This document shows, piece by piece, positions 10,175-21,410 of a stretch of DNA of 64,000 nt. The notes beneath the pieces were generated by a model. That model was not told the origin of the DNA. It did not search any database and saw only the letters and a program-made list of their open reading frames with translations. A program made the position numbers and the translations under genes. Source of the stretch: an uncultured Acidobacteriota bacterium (GTDB lineage Bacteria > Acidobacteriota > Vicinamibacteria > Vicinamibacterales > UBA2999). The stretch's first letter is position 1, and each line of letters begins with the position of its first letter. Where the stretch lies: contig CAVTMO010000017.1 of the NCBI GenBank assembly GCA_963735875.1, positions 548,040 to 612,039 on the forward strand, written 5' to 3'.

Positions 10175-13072
10175 AAGGTGACCTTGGCCGCCAGCTGTCC
10201 GACCCTCGGCTGGTAGGCGTTCAGCAGGTTCTGTCGCGGATCCCCGAAGCCGGCGTTGTTGATCACGCTCTGGTAGGCGCCGTAGTTCTTGTGGTTGGTC
10301 AAGTTGAATACTTCGGCAATCAAGCTGATGCGCATCCCGCCCGGCAGCGGGATGTCCTTCGACAGGCGCATGTCGACACGGTGCAGCGCGTCGCCCTGCA
10401 AGGCATCGCGCGGCACGAGGTCGCCGACGGCGAACGAGGTCGGCCCGTCGAACCGATCCTGCACGCCGGCCGGCACCGTCACCGGCGCGGTTACGAAGCG
10501 ATTGGTGCCCACGGCGCCGAACGGCGCCGCACTGAAGGTGGTGGCGTAGTAGTTGCCCGAGCCGAAGAAGTAGGCGCCGGCGATGTTGACGTCCCAGGGC
10601 AGGTGCCAGAGGGCGTTCATGCGCAGCGTGTGCCGCTGGAAGTCGGTCGAGCGCGCCCACTCGGCATCCGGGTCGAAGGGGTTGGTGCCCTCGAACTGGA
10701 AGTTGGTGGTGTTGTCGTTCATGTAGAGCATGTAGGTGTAGGTCAGCCCGGCCTGCCAGTTGTCGGCGTAACGCTTGGTGACCCCGCTCGAGATCGCGGC
10801 GTAGTCGGCCTCGCCGGTGGATTCGAGCCACTGGATCTTGCCGAACTTCGGGTCGGGGCGGCCGGCGGACGGATTCAGGTTGTAGCCCGTCAACGGATTG
10901 AAGAACAGGTTCGGATCACGCTGCCGGGCGAAGTTCTCGCCCTTCCAGTGGGTGAGATCGGCCTCGACGCCCAAGCGGGCGCCGAACTGGGTCTGGAAGC
11001 CGATCGTGCTCTGCCAGGTGTAGGGCATCTTGTAGTCGCTGGCGATGGCGCGAGGCGACTGGGCCGGCAGCGGCGCCCGGCCCGCCAGGATGTCGTCGGC
11101 GGTGACACCGCGGGTCGGGTCCTGGATGAAGCCGGGCCGGCCGTCGTTGGGGAACGAGTTGACCAGAATCCGCTCGCCGTTGAACGACTGGTGGCTGAAG
11201 GTCGTGTTCGAGTCGGGGATGCTGAAATAGAGCCCGCTGCCCCCGCGTATGACCGTGGTGCCCTGGCCGCCGATGTTCCAGGTGAAGCCGCCGCGCGGGG
11301 CGATGTTGTTGATGTCGCGCAGGTCGCCGGGGTAGAGCATCTCGCCGGAGCTCAGGGCGGTGTTCTCGGTGTAGCCGGCGCGGGGGTTGAAGGTCACCTC
11401 GGTGGTGATGTGCGGCGGGTCGAGGGCGCCCCAGTCGGCGTCCCAGCGCACGCCGCCGTTGATGGTGAACGAGTTGTTGATCTTCCAGGTGTCGCCCACC
11501 CACAGCGCCAGCGTCGGCCGCGGGATGTCGATGGTCCAGTCGCCGAAGTTCTGATCGAAGCGGGTCGCGATCGAGTCGAGGCCGGTCACGTCCCAGCGAG
11601 TGGGATCGTTCCAGGCGTCCACCGGGAAGCGGCGGAGGACGTCGGCCGGCGTGGCAGAAAAGATGAATTCGCCGCGCGACAGCAGCTCCCACGAGCCGGT
11701 GTCGTGCCAGCGCAGGAACTCGGCGCCGAACTTGAGGTCGTGCGCGCCACGGTTGGTGGTCAGGTCGTAGCGCAGGCTCCAGGTGTTCTGGTAGAACTCC
11801 TGCGGGTAGTTGCGGCGCTGGCCCACCGTGAGGCTGGGGAACACGTAGTTAGGGGTGTTGGCCAGGGCCGACACCGCCAGCTGGTTCTTCCAGTCGAAGT
11901 GGCTGTAGCCCAGCCGCACTTCCTGGATGGTCTTGTCGCTCAGCACGTTGGCCCAGGTGTTCGACACGTTGAACGCCTTGCGCGATCGATCGGCCACCTG
12001 CGACGGATGCTCGGTGCCTGACACCTGGGTGAACGGGTTACCCCAGTCCCAGTAAGAGACGCGCGAGGTGATGTGATCGCCCTGACGCACCTGCCAGTCA
12101 GCGCGGCCGAGGAAGCTGTTCTGCACCAGCTTGGTCGGGAACGACCACGTGGCGGTCGGCCCCAGCGCCGCCGACGCGGCGAGGATCGTGTTGGGCTCGT
12201 TCTCGCGCTCGTAGGACAGGAAGTAGTGGAGCTTGTCGCGGACGATCGGCCCCCCGATGGCGGCCCCCCACTGCTGGTTGGAGTACGGCAGCACGCGGTT
12301 GGCGATGAAGTCCTGCTCGTTGAGCTTGTCGTCGCGGAAGTAGCCGTAGACGCTGCCCGCCATGTCGTTGGTGCCCGAGCGCGAAATGGCCTGCACCTGG
12401 ATGCCGAGCGAGCGGCCCTGGGTGATGTCGAAGAGGTTGGTCACCACCTGGAACTCGGCGATCGCCTCACGGCTGAACCGGGGCTGGCCGAAGCCGCCGC
12501 CGGCCACCTGCTGGGTGATCTCCTGGCCGTCGAGATTGAGCTGGAAGGCGCGATCGCGCACGCCCGGGATTGGTGTCGACGGCGTTGGCGGTGATGCCCT
12601 TCACCTGCATGGCCAGCTCCATCCAGTTGCGGCCCTGCAGCGGCAGCTCCTCCATCTGGCGGCGGTCGACGTTGCCGGCCACCTGCGTCGAGCTGATGTC
12701 GACCAGTGGCGATTCGCCGGTGACGGTGAGCGTCTCGCTCAAACTGGCCACCTGCATCGCGAACGGCACCGAGCGGTTCTGGCCGACCAGCAGTTCCACT
12801 TCTGGCACGATCACGGTGGCGAAGCCCGAGAGCTCGGCCTGCACCTTGTAGCGGCCCGCCGGCACACCGCGCAGGCGATAGTCGCCGCGCTCGTCGCTGA
12901 CGCTGGTGAACACCCGGCCGGTCTCGAGCGACGTCGCGGTGACGGTGACGCCCGGCAGCGCGCCGCTCGTCGAATCGGCAATCGTGCCGAAGATGGATGC
13001 CTCCTGCGCGAACGCCGAGGCTGCGAACAGCACGATGGCGGCAGCAAAGACACCGATGGAACGCACGCGCAT
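10171..13072 (-). pseudogene. TonB-dependent receptor-like outer-membrane protein with N-terminal carboxypeptidase-regulatory-like domain, one frame break at about 12562
   Basis: ATG 13072. Signal peptide MRVRSIGVFAAAIVLFAASAFAQ, then GTIADSTSGALPGVTVTATSLETGRVF..DERGDYRLRGVPAGRYKV (CarboxypepD_reg). ...ANAVDTNPG continues as VRDRAFQLNLDGQEI... (ORF 10171..12561). C-terminal aromatic end ...AAKVTF. Confidence 0.8.
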
Positions 13073-13301
13073 ATCGCCCCCTTCCCCTGGTGGGGAATCT
13101 CCCGACTTGCAACACACGGCAATCGTCTCCGATTGCAACCGCCGAAAATGGCGCGGAAACGGCGGAAACTCGCGCGGACTATAGCACACGGCCGCGCTTG
13201 GGGAACGGCGTACCCATCGTGCGATCCGACGTGAATTCGGCCGCTGCCGCACGTCGGGCTGCTATGATGCCGCCGCCTCGGCCCGCCGCGTCACGCTCAC
13301 C

Positions 13302-13601
13302 ATGCCCCCACCCGTCCCGGCCTCGTCTCACCCCGCCCTCGACGCCCTGGCCGCCGCCCGGTCGCGGATCGCCATCGGACTCACGGCGGCCATGACCGCC
13401 ATCTACGTGGCGTTCATCCTGCTCATCGCGTTCGGCAAGACGTTCCTCGGCACGCTCCTCGCGCCCGGACTGAGCATCGGCATCGTGCTCGGGGTGCTGG
13501 TGATCGTCACGGCGTGGACGCTCATCCTCGTCTACGTGCGCTGGGCCAACACGCACTACGACCACCGCGTGGCCAGCATCCGCGACGGAGACGCCCGGTG
13601 A
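13302..13601 (+). CDS. DUF485 (YjcH-like) inner-membrane protein
   Basis: 99 aa with two TM segments and the motif VRWANTHYD. Its TGA overlaps the GTG of the downstream acetate permease, which is the typical yjcH-actP arrangement. Confidence 0.75.
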   Translation: MPPPVPASSHPALDALAAARSRIAIGLTAAMTAIYVAFILLIAFGKTFLGTLLAPGLSIGIVLGVLVIVTAWTLILVYVRWANTHYDHRVASIRDGDAR

Positions 13602-15133
13602 ACGGGGCGATGGGACAGCCCAACATCGTGGCCATGGCGGGCTTCTTCATCTTCATTGCCGCCTCGCTCGGGATCACCTGGTTCGCCGCCCGCCGCACCA
13701 AGAGCGCCGAGGACTTCTATGCCGCCGGCCGCCGGGTGACCGCCGTGCAGAACGGGCTGGCGCTGGCCGGCGACTACATGAGCGCCGCCAGTTTCCTCGG
13801 CATCGCCGGGCTGGTCGCCCTGTCGGGCTTCGACGGCCTCATCTACTCGATCGGGTTCCTGGTCGGCTGGCCGGTCGTGCTGTGCCTCATCGCCGAGCCG
13901 CTGCGCAACCTCGGGCGCTACACCTTCGCCGACGTGGTGGCGTTCCGCCTGCAGCAGCGTCCGGTGCGCGTCGCCTCGGCGGTCGGTGGCCTGGCGGTGA
14001 TTGCCTTCTATCTCATCGCCCAGATGGTCGGCGCCGGCAACCTGATCCGGCTGCTCTTCGGCCTGTCCTACGAAGTGGCGGTGATGATCGTCGGCGTGGT
14101 GATGCTGGCCTACGTGCTCTTCGGCGGCATGCTGGCCACCACCTGGGTGCAGATCGTCAAGGCGGTGCTGCTGATGACCGGCGCGGCCCTGCTGGCGCTG
14201 CTGGTGCTGATGCGCTATTCGCTGAACCCGCTGGCGCTCTTCGCCGATGCCGCGTCGCGCTACGGCGACGCGGTGCTGGCCCCGGGGCGCCTGGTGTCGG
14301 ATCCGATCGACGCCATCTCGCTCGGCATCGCCCTGATGTTCGGCACCGCCGGCCTGCCGCACATCCTGATGCGCTTCTACACCGTGCCCGACGCGCGCAC
14401 CGCCCGTGTGTCGGTGGCCTACGCCACGGCCGCAATCGGCGTGTTCTACCTCCTCACGTTCATCCTCGGCTTCGGCGCGATGGTGATCGTCGGCCAGGAC
14501 GCGATCCGCGCCATCGACGCCGGCGGCAACATGGCGGCGCCGCTGCTGGCCGAGGCGGTGGGCGGCCAGGCCTTCCTCGGGTTCATCGCCGCGGTGGCCT
14601 TCGCGACGATCCTGGCGGTGGTCGCCGGTCTCACGCTGGCCGGGGCGGCGGCGCTGTCGCACGACATCTGGGTCAACGTCGTCCGCGACGGCCATGCCGA
14701 TTCCGGCGAGCAGCTCCGCGTGGCCCGCGGGGCGACGATCCTCCTGGCGATCGTCTCGATCGTCCTCGGCATCGCCTTCAAGGGCCAGAACGTGGCCTAC
14801 ATGGTCGGCCTGGCGTTCGCCATCGCCGCCAGCGCCAACTTCCCCGCCCTGGTGCTGTCGATGTTCTGGAAGCCGTTCACGACGCTGGGCGCCGTGGCGT
14901 CGATCGTGGTGGGCACGGCGACGGCGCTCGGGCTCATCTACCTGTCGCCGGCCATCCAGGTCGACCTGCTCAAGCATCCGGCAGCGCTGTTCCCGCTCCG
15001 CAACCCCGGCATCATCTCGATTCCGCTGTCCTTCGCCGTCGGCATCGTCGTGTCGCTGCTGGTGCCCGAAGGGGCGGCGGCGGCGAAGTTCGCGGCCACC
15101 GAGCGGCGCCTGCACCTGGGTGAAGAGGCATAG
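13598..15133 (+). CDS. actP: cation/acetate symporter (sodium:solute symporter family)
   Basis: [35 protein letters not shown]..., a multi-TM SSF pattern downstream of DUF485. Start is GTG 13598 (overlapping stop) or ATG 13610. Confidence 0.8.
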   Translation: MNGAMGQPNIVAMAGFFIFIAASLGITWFAARRTKSAEDFYAAGRRVTAVQNGLALAGDYMSAASFLGIAGLVALSGFDGLIYSIGFLVGWPVVLCLIAEPLRNLGRYTFADVVAFRLQQRPVRVASAVGGLAVIAFYLIAQMVGAGNLIRLLFGLSYEVAVMIVGVVMLAYVLFGGMLATTWVQIVKAVLLMTGAALLALLVLMRYSLNPLALFADAASRYGDAVLAPGRLVSDPIDAISLGIALMFGTAGLPHILMRFYTVPDARTARVSVAYATAAIGVFYLLTFILGFGAMVIVGQDAIRAIDAGGNMAAPLLAEAVGGQAFLGFIAAVAFATILAVVAGLTLAGAAALSHDIWVNVVRDGHADSGEQLRVARGATILLAIVSIVLGIAFKGQNVAYMVGLAFAIAASANFPALVLSMFWKPFTTLGAVASIVVGTATALGLIYLSPAIQVDLLKHPAALFPLRNPGIISIPLSFAVGIVVSLLVPEGAAAAKFAATERRLHLGEEA

Positions 15134-15151
15134 GCCGGCCGGTCGGCCGGC
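15134..15151. terminator. GC-rich hairpin between convergent actP and acetyltransferase genes
   Basis: gccggccg / cggccggc palindrome filling the 20-nt gap between two TAG stops. No clear U-tract. Confidence 0.3.
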
Positions 15152-15153
15152 GG

Positions 15154-15672
15154 CTACCTCGCCGCGTCGCCCAGCAGCCGCTCGACGATCACGACGTCGC
15201 GCCACTTACCGTCGAGCATTCCGTGGCGACGATACACACCCACTTCGCGGAAGCCGTGTCGCGCGCACAGCGCCCGTGACGCCGCGTTCTCTGGAAAGAG
15301 CCGCGACAGCACCTTCCAGAAGCCGGCCCGTTCCAGCGACTGCAGGAAAGGCGGCATCAGCAGGTTCGCCACGCCGCGGCCATGGTGGCTCGAGGCCACG
15401 TAGATCGAGTACTCCGCGATACCGGCGTAGCACTCCCTCGCGCGATACCTCGAGGCGGCCGCCCAGCCGACAACCTCGCCGTCCTGCACCGCGACAAGGA
15501 CAGGAAATCGGGCATCGTCGAACCAGGTGAGGACGTCGGCCGCCGTGCGCTCGCGCGTCTCGAAGGTGGCGCCGCGGCCGCGAATCCCCTCGTTGTAGAT
15601 GCGGGCGATGGCCTCGGCGTCATCGCGGGCGGCGGCGCGGATCGTGATCGGGCCGGTCATCGCGCGCGCCAC
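15154..15672 (-). CDS. GNAT N-acetyltransferase, phosphinothricin acetyltransferase-like
   Basis: IRAAARDDAEAIARIYNEGI..RGATFETRERT...VVGWAAASRYRARECYAGIAEYSIYV...HGRGVA...LFPENAASRALCARHGFREVG. Confidence 0.8.
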   Translation of the reverse strand: MARAMTGPITIRAAARDDAEAIARIYNEGIRGRGATFETRERTAADVLTWFDDARFPVLVAVQDGEVVGWAAASRYRARECYAGIAEYSIYVASSHHGRGVANLLMPPFLQSLERAGFWKVLSRLFPENAASRALCARHGFREVGVYRRHGMLDGKWRDVVIVERLLGDAAR

Positions 15673-15681
15673 TATAGCGGC

Positions 15682-17262
15682 TCACGGCCGGGCGCGTCGC
15701 GGCGAGCGTCGCAGGGCGGGCCCGAAGACGAGCTCGGTGGCCACGCCCTCGCCGCGCACGTACGGCTCGCGGTCTTCCGGCAGGAAGATGCGCACGCGGC
15801 GGTCCACGTCGTAGCGAGGCGGCCAATCGAGTGCGCCGTAGGTCTGGCCGTCGAAGTGCGTACGGAAGCCGGCCTCCTCCCACCGCTCGACGATGATCGC
15901 GGGCTGGCGGCCGTGTGTCTGCAGCCAGCTGACCGCGGTGTCGAGCCACTGCGGGTCGAGCGAGTCCCAGACCAGCACTTCCCGGCCGGGCCAGAACCGG
16001 AGGCCACCGGATTGCCAGATGGTGATGGGCACGGCCCCGGCATCGAGGCGCTCGGCGACGACGGCGGCGGTATCCGGGAACCGGGCTTCGAGTCCCTGCA
16101 ACCCACGGGCCTCCCTGGCGTGCGGCGTCCGCCAGGTGTAGAGCCCGATCGCGACGACGATCAGCAGGACCATCGGCGTCGCGGCGCGCGGCAGCCGGCG
16201 CCCGGCGATCGCCGTCAGGCTCACCGCCGCGAGCACGGCGGCGAGCGCAACCGACGGCAGGAGGAACCGGAGGAACCACCAGTCGTCGAACGGGCGATAG
16301 GCGAGGTAGACGAGCGACAGCGCCACTGCCAGCACGGACACGGCGGCGGCCTCGGCACGCCGCTCCCGCGAGACGCACCACCACGCGGCCGCCGAGGTCA
16401 ACACGATCGGAGTCCCGCCCACGATCCACGTCCGGCCGTACCCCACGAGGTTCACGGGCACGTGCCCGGCCGCGAACAGCGCCTCGAGACTGCCGTATCC
16501 GGACTGCAGCGGGGAGCCGTAGAGCACCTGATTGAGACCGAGGGCGGCGAGGACGCCCGGTGCCGCGCCGAGTCCGCCGATCACCGCGGCTCGAGTCGCG
16601 CGGAGCAGCCATCCGGGCTGCGGCGCCTTCGCTCGCAGCCAGGAGGAGGCGGCGATCGCCATGACGCCGGCCACGATCAGGTTGGGCCGCACCAGCACGG
16701 CGAGCCCGACGAGCGCGCCGACGGCGGCAGGGTGGGCCGCACACATGGCCACGGCCACGGCGAGCCACAACGCGCCGGTGGTGATGTCGTTCATCGGCTG
16801 CACGGCCTGGAACAGCACGATCGGGGTCGTCGCCACCAGGGCGGCGGCGGCCACGCCAGCTGCGGGCGAAACCAGACGGCGCCCGAGGACGAACGAGAGC
16901 CAGACGAGCAGCGCCGCGGCGAACGGCGGGACCAGGTGCACTGCGTCGCCGCCGAGCACCACCACGAGCGGCGTGATCAGCAGCGAATAGCCCGGCGCGC
17001 ACACCGGCACGGCGGCGCCGGCGCGGAGGGCGGAAGGCAGGAACCCGGCGGGGGCCGCCACCCGGGAGGCGTCGGGCCACGGCGCCTCGGCCGCCAGCAC
17101 GCTGCGTGGTTCCACCGCCCCCTCGGAGAACACCCGCGCCATCAGCGCGTAGCAGGCCGAGTCCGACCCGCCCACGGCGCCGGTGCGCCACTCCCACGCG
17201 ACCAGTCCGAACACCACGCTGATCGTCGCCGCGACGGCCGACCACCAGTGATTGCGGGTCAT
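15682..17262 (-). CDS. integral-membrane glycosyltransferase (GT39/GT83 ArnT/PMT-like)
   Basis: 526 aa with many TM helices and a soluble C-terminal domain. Directly downstream of a GT2 polyprenol-phosphate sugar transferase gene. Confidence 0.6.
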   Translation of the reverse strand: MTRNHWWSAVAATISVVFGLVAWEWRTGAVGGSDSACYALMARVFSEGAVEPRSVLAAEAPWPDASRVAAPAGFLPSALRAGAAVPVCAPGYSLLITPLVVVLGGDAVHLVPPFAAALLVWLSFVLGRRLVSPAAGVAAAALVATTPIVLFQAVQPMNDITTGALWLAVAVAMCAAHPAAVGALVGLAVLVRPNLIVAGVMAIAASSWLRAKAPQPGWLLRATRAAVIGGLGAAPGVLAALGLNQVLYGSPLQSGYGSLEALFAAGHVPVNLVGYGRTWIVGGTPIVLTSAAAWWCVSRERRAEAAAVSVLAVALSLVYLAYRPFDDWWFLRFLLPSVALAAVLAAVSLTAIAGRRLPRAATPMVLLIVVAIGLYTWRTPHAREARGLQGLEARFPDTAAVVAERLDAGAVPITIWQSGGLRFWPGREVLVWDSLDPQWLDTAVSWLQTHGRQPAIIVERWEEAGFRTHFDGQTYGALDWPPRYDVDRRVRIFLPEDREPYVRGEGVATELVFGPALRRSPRRARP

Positions 17263-17343
17263 GCGCGGACCTGTCCTGGGAGCCCGAGCGCGAAGTGAGA
17301 CCGTGCGGCCACGCGGTGCCGCTAGTTTAGGCTGGATTGCTCG

Positions 17344-18033
17344 TCACGGCCACCGCAACTTCACGAGCACCTGCAGCGCCCGCGCGCCGTCGCGCCAGCC
17401 GATCTTCTTGCCCTGCGCGCGGCTTCGTGGCTCGAACCGGACCGGGCGCTCGAGGATGCGGTGGCCCTGGCGCAGGAGCTTGGCCGTGATCTCCGGCTCG
17501 ATGTCGAACCGGTCCGCGGCGAGGTTCAGCCCGCGGGCAACCGTGGTCTCCATGATCTTGTAGCAGGTCTCCATGTCGGTGAGCCGCGACCCGTACAGGA
17601 TATTGGTGACGGCCGTGAGCGTCCTGTTCGCCGCGACCGTGAGCCACGGCGCCGTCGAGGTCGGCTCGAGAAACCGCGAGCCGTAGACCACCCGGGACTC
17701 GCCGCGCAGAATCGGCGCCACGAGGTTGCCCAGCTGCGACGGATCCAGTTCGAGGTCGGCGTCCTGGATCGCCACGATCGAGCCACGCGCAGCGGCGAGG
17801 CCCAGCCGGATCGCGCTGCCCTTGCCGCGGTTGGCGGGCGCGTGCAGGACCCGCACCGCCGCGTGCGCCGGCAGCGTGTCGAGCACGTCGCGGGTGCCGT
17901 CGGTGGATCCGTCGTTGACGACCAGGATCTCGCGATCGGCGGGCAACGGTACTTCCAGCAACCGCGCAATTACGGCGGCGACGGTGGCCGACTCGTTGAA
18001 GACCGGGACGATGATCGAGACGAGCGCGGCCAC
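17344..18033 (-). CDS. family 2 glycosyltransferase (polyprenol-phosphate glycosyltransferase-like)
   Basis: VSIIVPVFNESATV...ILVVNDGSTDGT...IQDADLE..., the GT2 DxD pattern. Confidence 0.8.
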   Translation of the reverse strand: MAALVSIIVPVFNESATVAAVIARLLEVPLPADREILVVNDGSTDGTRDVLDTLPAHAAVRVLHAPANRGKGSAIRLGLAAARGSIVAIQDADLELDPSQLGNLVAPILRGESRVVYGSRFLEPTSTAPWLTVAANRTLTAVTNILYGSRLTDMETCYKIMETTVARGLNLAADRFDIEPEITAKLLRQGHRILERPVRFEPRSRAQGKKIGWRDGARALQVLVKLRWP

Positions 18034-18063
18034 GCGGGCTCCAGTATGCCTGCGCGCCGGGCC

Positions 18064-18747
18064 TCAGCGCTTCTTCTTGGGGGCCGGCGCCGGCCGGTAC
18101 TCGACCATCACGTTGCTGATCGTCGCCACCGGACGGCCGGCCGAGGTGAACAGGTCCTCGCCATCAGGGCGCACGACCGCCAGCTTCTCCCCCAGGATAC
18201 TGACCTCGCTGATGTCACCGGCGATCGCGAACTGCACCAATTCGCTGCCGGTCGGCGCGACGGCCTTGACGCCGCCAGGGCCGGCGCCGCCGCCGATGCG
18301 ATCGTACAGATCGCGGACGGTGCGGAACTCGGAGTCGATGACGGCCCGGTCGATGAGCGTGTTGTCCATGGTCAGGACGCCGATCGTCGCCGTGTAGCGG
18401 CGGTATGCCTGTTTCGTCTTGATGAGCTCGGCCGAATAGGTATGCCGGTTGTGCACCTCGAAGGAGAGCGTCGCCTGGCCCTGGTGGGCAGGCAGGCTGA
18501 CGACGATGCCGGCCTTGGGGTCGCGGCCGCTCAGGACGTCGCAGTAGCGACGCCGGGTGGACACGCCCATCCCGAGTTCCGATGGACAGACGAGCGAAGC
18601 CGGCACCCGCGTGAGCGGCGGCCCCGACTTCTTGGCGGGCGACTTGGGGGAAGGCGCCGCGCGGCTGGCGGGCGCCTTCTTCTTCGTCTGTGCCTCGCCG
18701 GGCACGACCAGCAGCGCGAGGGCGAGCGCGACGAGGACGGACCGCAT
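18064..18747 (-). CDS. hypothetical secreted protein with Lys/Pro-rich termini
   Basis: Start chosen at ATG 18747 (MRSVLVALALALLVVPGEAQ signal peptide). No recognised domain. Ends PAPAPKKKR. Confidence 0.5.
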   Translation of the reverse strand: MRSVLVALALALLVVPGEAQTKKKAPASRAAPSPKSPAKKSGPPLTRVPASLVCPSELGMGVSTRRRYCDVLSGRDPKAGIVVSLPAHQGQATLSFEVHNRHTYSAELIKTKQAYRRYTATIGVLTMDNTLIDRAVIDSEFRTVRDLYDRIGGGAGPGGVKAVAPTGSELVQFAIAGDISEVSILGEKLAVVRPDGEDLFTSAGRPVATISNVMVEYRPAPAPKKKR

Positions 18748-19323
18748 GCGGAACAGCTTAGCTGACTTCGACGAGCGACTGCACGGCGTCGCGCAGTTCT
18801 GCGCAGTCTGGCCATACCGTTCGGTCAGGCGGCCAATCCGGTGTCGGAACGCAACGAGCCGACCGGACCATGAGTCGCCCCCACTTCCTCGACGCGGTGA
18901 CTCGCGCAGCAGCACGTTGTTGACCATCCGCCGGCAGGTTGCGCCGCGTCACATCGCCCTCTCGCCGGGCGCGTTCGTGGTCGTCGAGCTTCCCGCCGGT
19001 GCGGCGGATCGCGGTCGGCCGGAACAGGAGTCGATCGCTTCTGGCGTTGCAGTTCCAATTCGAGTCCAGGTGAGAATTTTGTCAGGGCCAGAAATGCATT
19101 CAGCGCCGATGGCTGTCGACCGTCGTCGTGGGGGATTGCACGAGAAATGGCTTGAAGATGCACGATTCTTCACAGTGCATCGAGCCATCGTTCTACGGGC
19201 ACAGCAGTTGCTGGCCGGCGAGGTGTGCAGATCGGGTAATGTCCTGATTCGGCCCGCTCCAGCCGGCCGCGCTGTGAGGGGCGCGGGCTGTCGTCGCCCC
19301 CGGGCACGGACGGAGATTCGGTT

Positions 19324-19506
19324 ATGAAGCAGCTCCTCTCGAGACTGATGCACGACGAAGATGGGCAGGATCTCATCGAGTACGTGCTCATCGCTGCGGC
19401 GATTTCGGTCATCGCGATTCCGATCGTTCCGCAGGTCGGCACCGCAATCGTGAACGCCTGGAGCTTCGTCACGGGCAAACCCGACGGCCTCACACCGGCG
19501 CCATAG
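19324..19506 (+). CDS. flp: Flp family type IVb pilin
   Basis: 60 aa. Flp motif EDGQDLIEYVLIAAAISVIAI, with the prepilin processing site after G. Confidence 0.85.
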   Translation: MKQLLSRLMHDEDGQDLIEYVLIAAAISVIAIPIVPQVGTAIVNAWSFVTGKPDGLTPAP

Positions 19507-19566
19507 AACGAAGGCCAGGCACCAACCTTTGCGCATCGCCACACCCGATCCCTCCGGAGGCGGGCC

Positions 19567-20079
19567 GTGACGGCCTTCGAGAGCGGCGCGCTCTTCGTCG
19601 CCCTTGCGGCCTGCGTGGCCGATGTCAGGTCGCGGCGCATCCCCAACGCCCTGACCGCGTCGGCGATTGCCCTCGGGGTCGTTGCGCATGTTGTCCTGCC
19701 GTCGGGTGACGGCCTCGGCGCCGCATTGCTCGGCGGCCTGCTGGGTCTGGCCGTGTTCTTACCGTTCTTCGCGCTCGGCGGTGTGGGTGGTGGTGACGTC
19801 AAGCTGATGGCCGCGCTCGGCGTCTGGGTAGGCGCCGTGCTGATCGGCTGGAGCGCCCTCTACGGCGCCGTGGCCGGGGGGCTGCTGGCACTGTGCCTCG
19901 GCGCCGCCCGCGGATACCTGCGGCAGGCCTTTGCGAACATCGGCGCTCTGCTGCTGATCTGGTCGGTGCAGGGCGTGAGACCCGTGCCGGCGCTCACCCT
20001 GGAGCGCGGTGACGGCCCCAGGCTGCCCTATGCGCTGCCCGTCTTCGCCGGGCTGCTCACGGCACTGTGGCGGCACTGA
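19567..20079 (+). CDS. cpaA: A24 family prepilin peptidase (CpaA/TadV-like)
   Basis: 170 aa membrane protein. D..RRIPN... and GGGDVKLMAALG aspartyl-peptidase motifs. Adjacent to flp. Confidence 0.8.
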   Translation: MTAFESGALFVALAACVADVRSRRIPNALTASAIALGVVAHVVLPSGDGLGAALLGGLLGLAVFLPFFALGGVGGGDVKLMAALGVWVGAVLIGWSALYGAVAGGLLALCLGAARGYLRQAFANIGALLLIWSVQGVRPVPALTLERGDGPRLPYALPVFAGLLTALWRH

Positions 20080-20089
20080 CCCGAGCGGC

Positions 20090-20635
20090 TCATGATCGCT
20101 TGAGGAGGTCGAGGAACTCCATCCGCGTACGGGCGTCGTGGTGGAACACGCCCAGCATGGCGCTCGTCACCGACGTCGACGCCTGCTTCTCCACGCCCCG
20201 CATCGCCATGCACAGGTGGGTGCCCTCGCAGACGACGGCCACGCCGAGCGGGGTCACCGCGTCGCGGATGGTCTCGGCAATCTGGCTGGTCATGCGCTCC
20301 TGGAGCTGCAGCCGCCGCGCGAACATGTCGACCAGCCGCGGGATCTTGCTGAGACCGATGACGCGTCCGTTGGGCACGTAGGCGACGTGGCACTTGCCGA
20401 AGAACGGCAGCAGGTGATGTTCGCATAGACTGTAGAAGTCGATGTCGCGCACGATCACCATCTCGTTGTAGTCCACCGAGAAGAGCGCGCCGTTGAGCAC
20501 CTGAGCCGCATCCGTGCGGTAGCCGCTGGTGAGGTACTCCATGGACCGCGCCACCCGTTCCGGCGTCCTCGCGAGCCCTTCGCGCGCCGGGTCCTCGCCC
20601 ACCTCGAGGAGCAGGCGCGTGATCAGTTCCTGCAT
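20090..20635 (-). CDS. folE: GTP cyclohydrolase I
   Basis: [21 protein letters not shown]...[34 protein letters not shown]...QERMT. Confidence 0.95.
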   Translation of the reverse strand: MQELITRLLLEVGEDPAREGLARTPERVARSMEYLTSGYRTDAAQVLNGALFSVDYNEMVIVRDIDFYSLCEHHLLPFFGKCHVAYVPNGRVIGLSKIPRLVDMFARRLQLQERMTSQIAETIRDAVTPLGVAVVCEGTHLCMAMRGVEKQASTSVTSAMLGVFHHDARTRMEFLDLLKRS

Positions 20636-21371
20636 CGCCGTATCATACCTTGCGCTCGTCGCCGGCCTCGGCGGCGGCGGCCTACGGCTGGACGCGCAGT
20701 CGGCCTCCGACGATCCCGACGCGCTCTATCGCGACCGTGAACAGCCCGCAAGCGCGCTGACGGCCGAGCGAATCTGGAGCGACCGCGTCGCCGCCGACGC
20801 CCGCGACTTCGTGTCGGCGTGGAAGCTGGCGCGCGTGCGCTACTGGCTGGGCACGAACGGCCCGGCACCGGCCGACGAGAAGAAGCAGATCCTCGAACGC
20901 GGGATCGACGCCGGCCGCCTCGCCGCCGCCGCAAACCCGGGCGCGCCGGACGGCCATTTCTGGATGGCAGCGAACATGGGCGCGCTGGCCGACGCCCACG
21001 GGCTGCGGCAGGGCATCAAGTACCGGGGCGCGATCCGCGCCGGGCTGGAGACGGCGCTGAAGCTCGACCCGGCCTTTCTCGACGGTTCGCCCGACCGCGC
21101 CCTCGGACGCTGGTACTACAAGGTGCCACGCCTCTTCGGCGGTGATCTGCGCAAGGCGGAACAGCACCTGCGCAAGGCGCTCACCTACAACCCCGACAGC
21201 GTGATCTCGTTGCTCTTCCTGGCCGAGACGCTGATCGGGCTCGACCGGAAGGACGAGGCGCGGGCGACGCTCAATGCGGCACTCGCGGCGCCTCTCGACG
21301 ACGACTGGATTCCCGAGGACACCCGCTTCAAGTCCCAGGCCACGCAGTTGCTCGCCACGCTCGGCCGGTGA
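20619..21371 (+). CDS. TPR-like periplasmic protein (possibly TatT-like family); start uncertain
   Basis: ORF 20529..21371. No ATG/GTG/TTG occurs downstream of folE until far inside the gene. GTG 20619 gives [21 protein letters not shown] and overlaps the divergent folE 5' end by 17 nt. The motif [28 protein letters not shown] is helical-repeat like. Confidence 0.45.
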   Translation: MISSCIAVSYLALVAGLGGGGLRLDAQSASDDPDALYRDREQPASALTAERIWSDRVAADARDFVSAWKLARVRYWLGTNGPAPADEKKQILERGIDAGRLAAAANPGAPDGHFWMAANMGALADAHGLRQGIKYRGAIRAGLETALKLDPAFLDGSPDRALGRWYYKVPRLFGGDLRKAEQHLRKALTYNPDSVISLLFLAETLIGLDRKDEARATLNAALAAPLDDDWIPEDTRFKSQATQLLATLGR

Positions 21372-21410
21372 TCAGGCGCAACGGCGTACGGCTGGTGTAA
21401 GGTGTGCGCC

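Noticed and set aside
18557-19327. 256-aa plus-strand ORF and 112-aa / 246-aa minus-strand ORFs in the gap upstream of flp
   Set aside because: The first half of the plus ORF is antisense to a signal-peptide-bearing gene. The remainder and the minus ORFs are Arg/Pro-rich without motifs. None could be supported as a gene.
20529-20635. Upstream extension of the TPR-like gene (start 20529) fully overlapping the folE 5' end
   Set aside because: The extension ([30 protein letters not shown]) is antisense to conserved folE codons and looks non-protein-like. A later GTG (20619) is preferred, though it remains uncertain.
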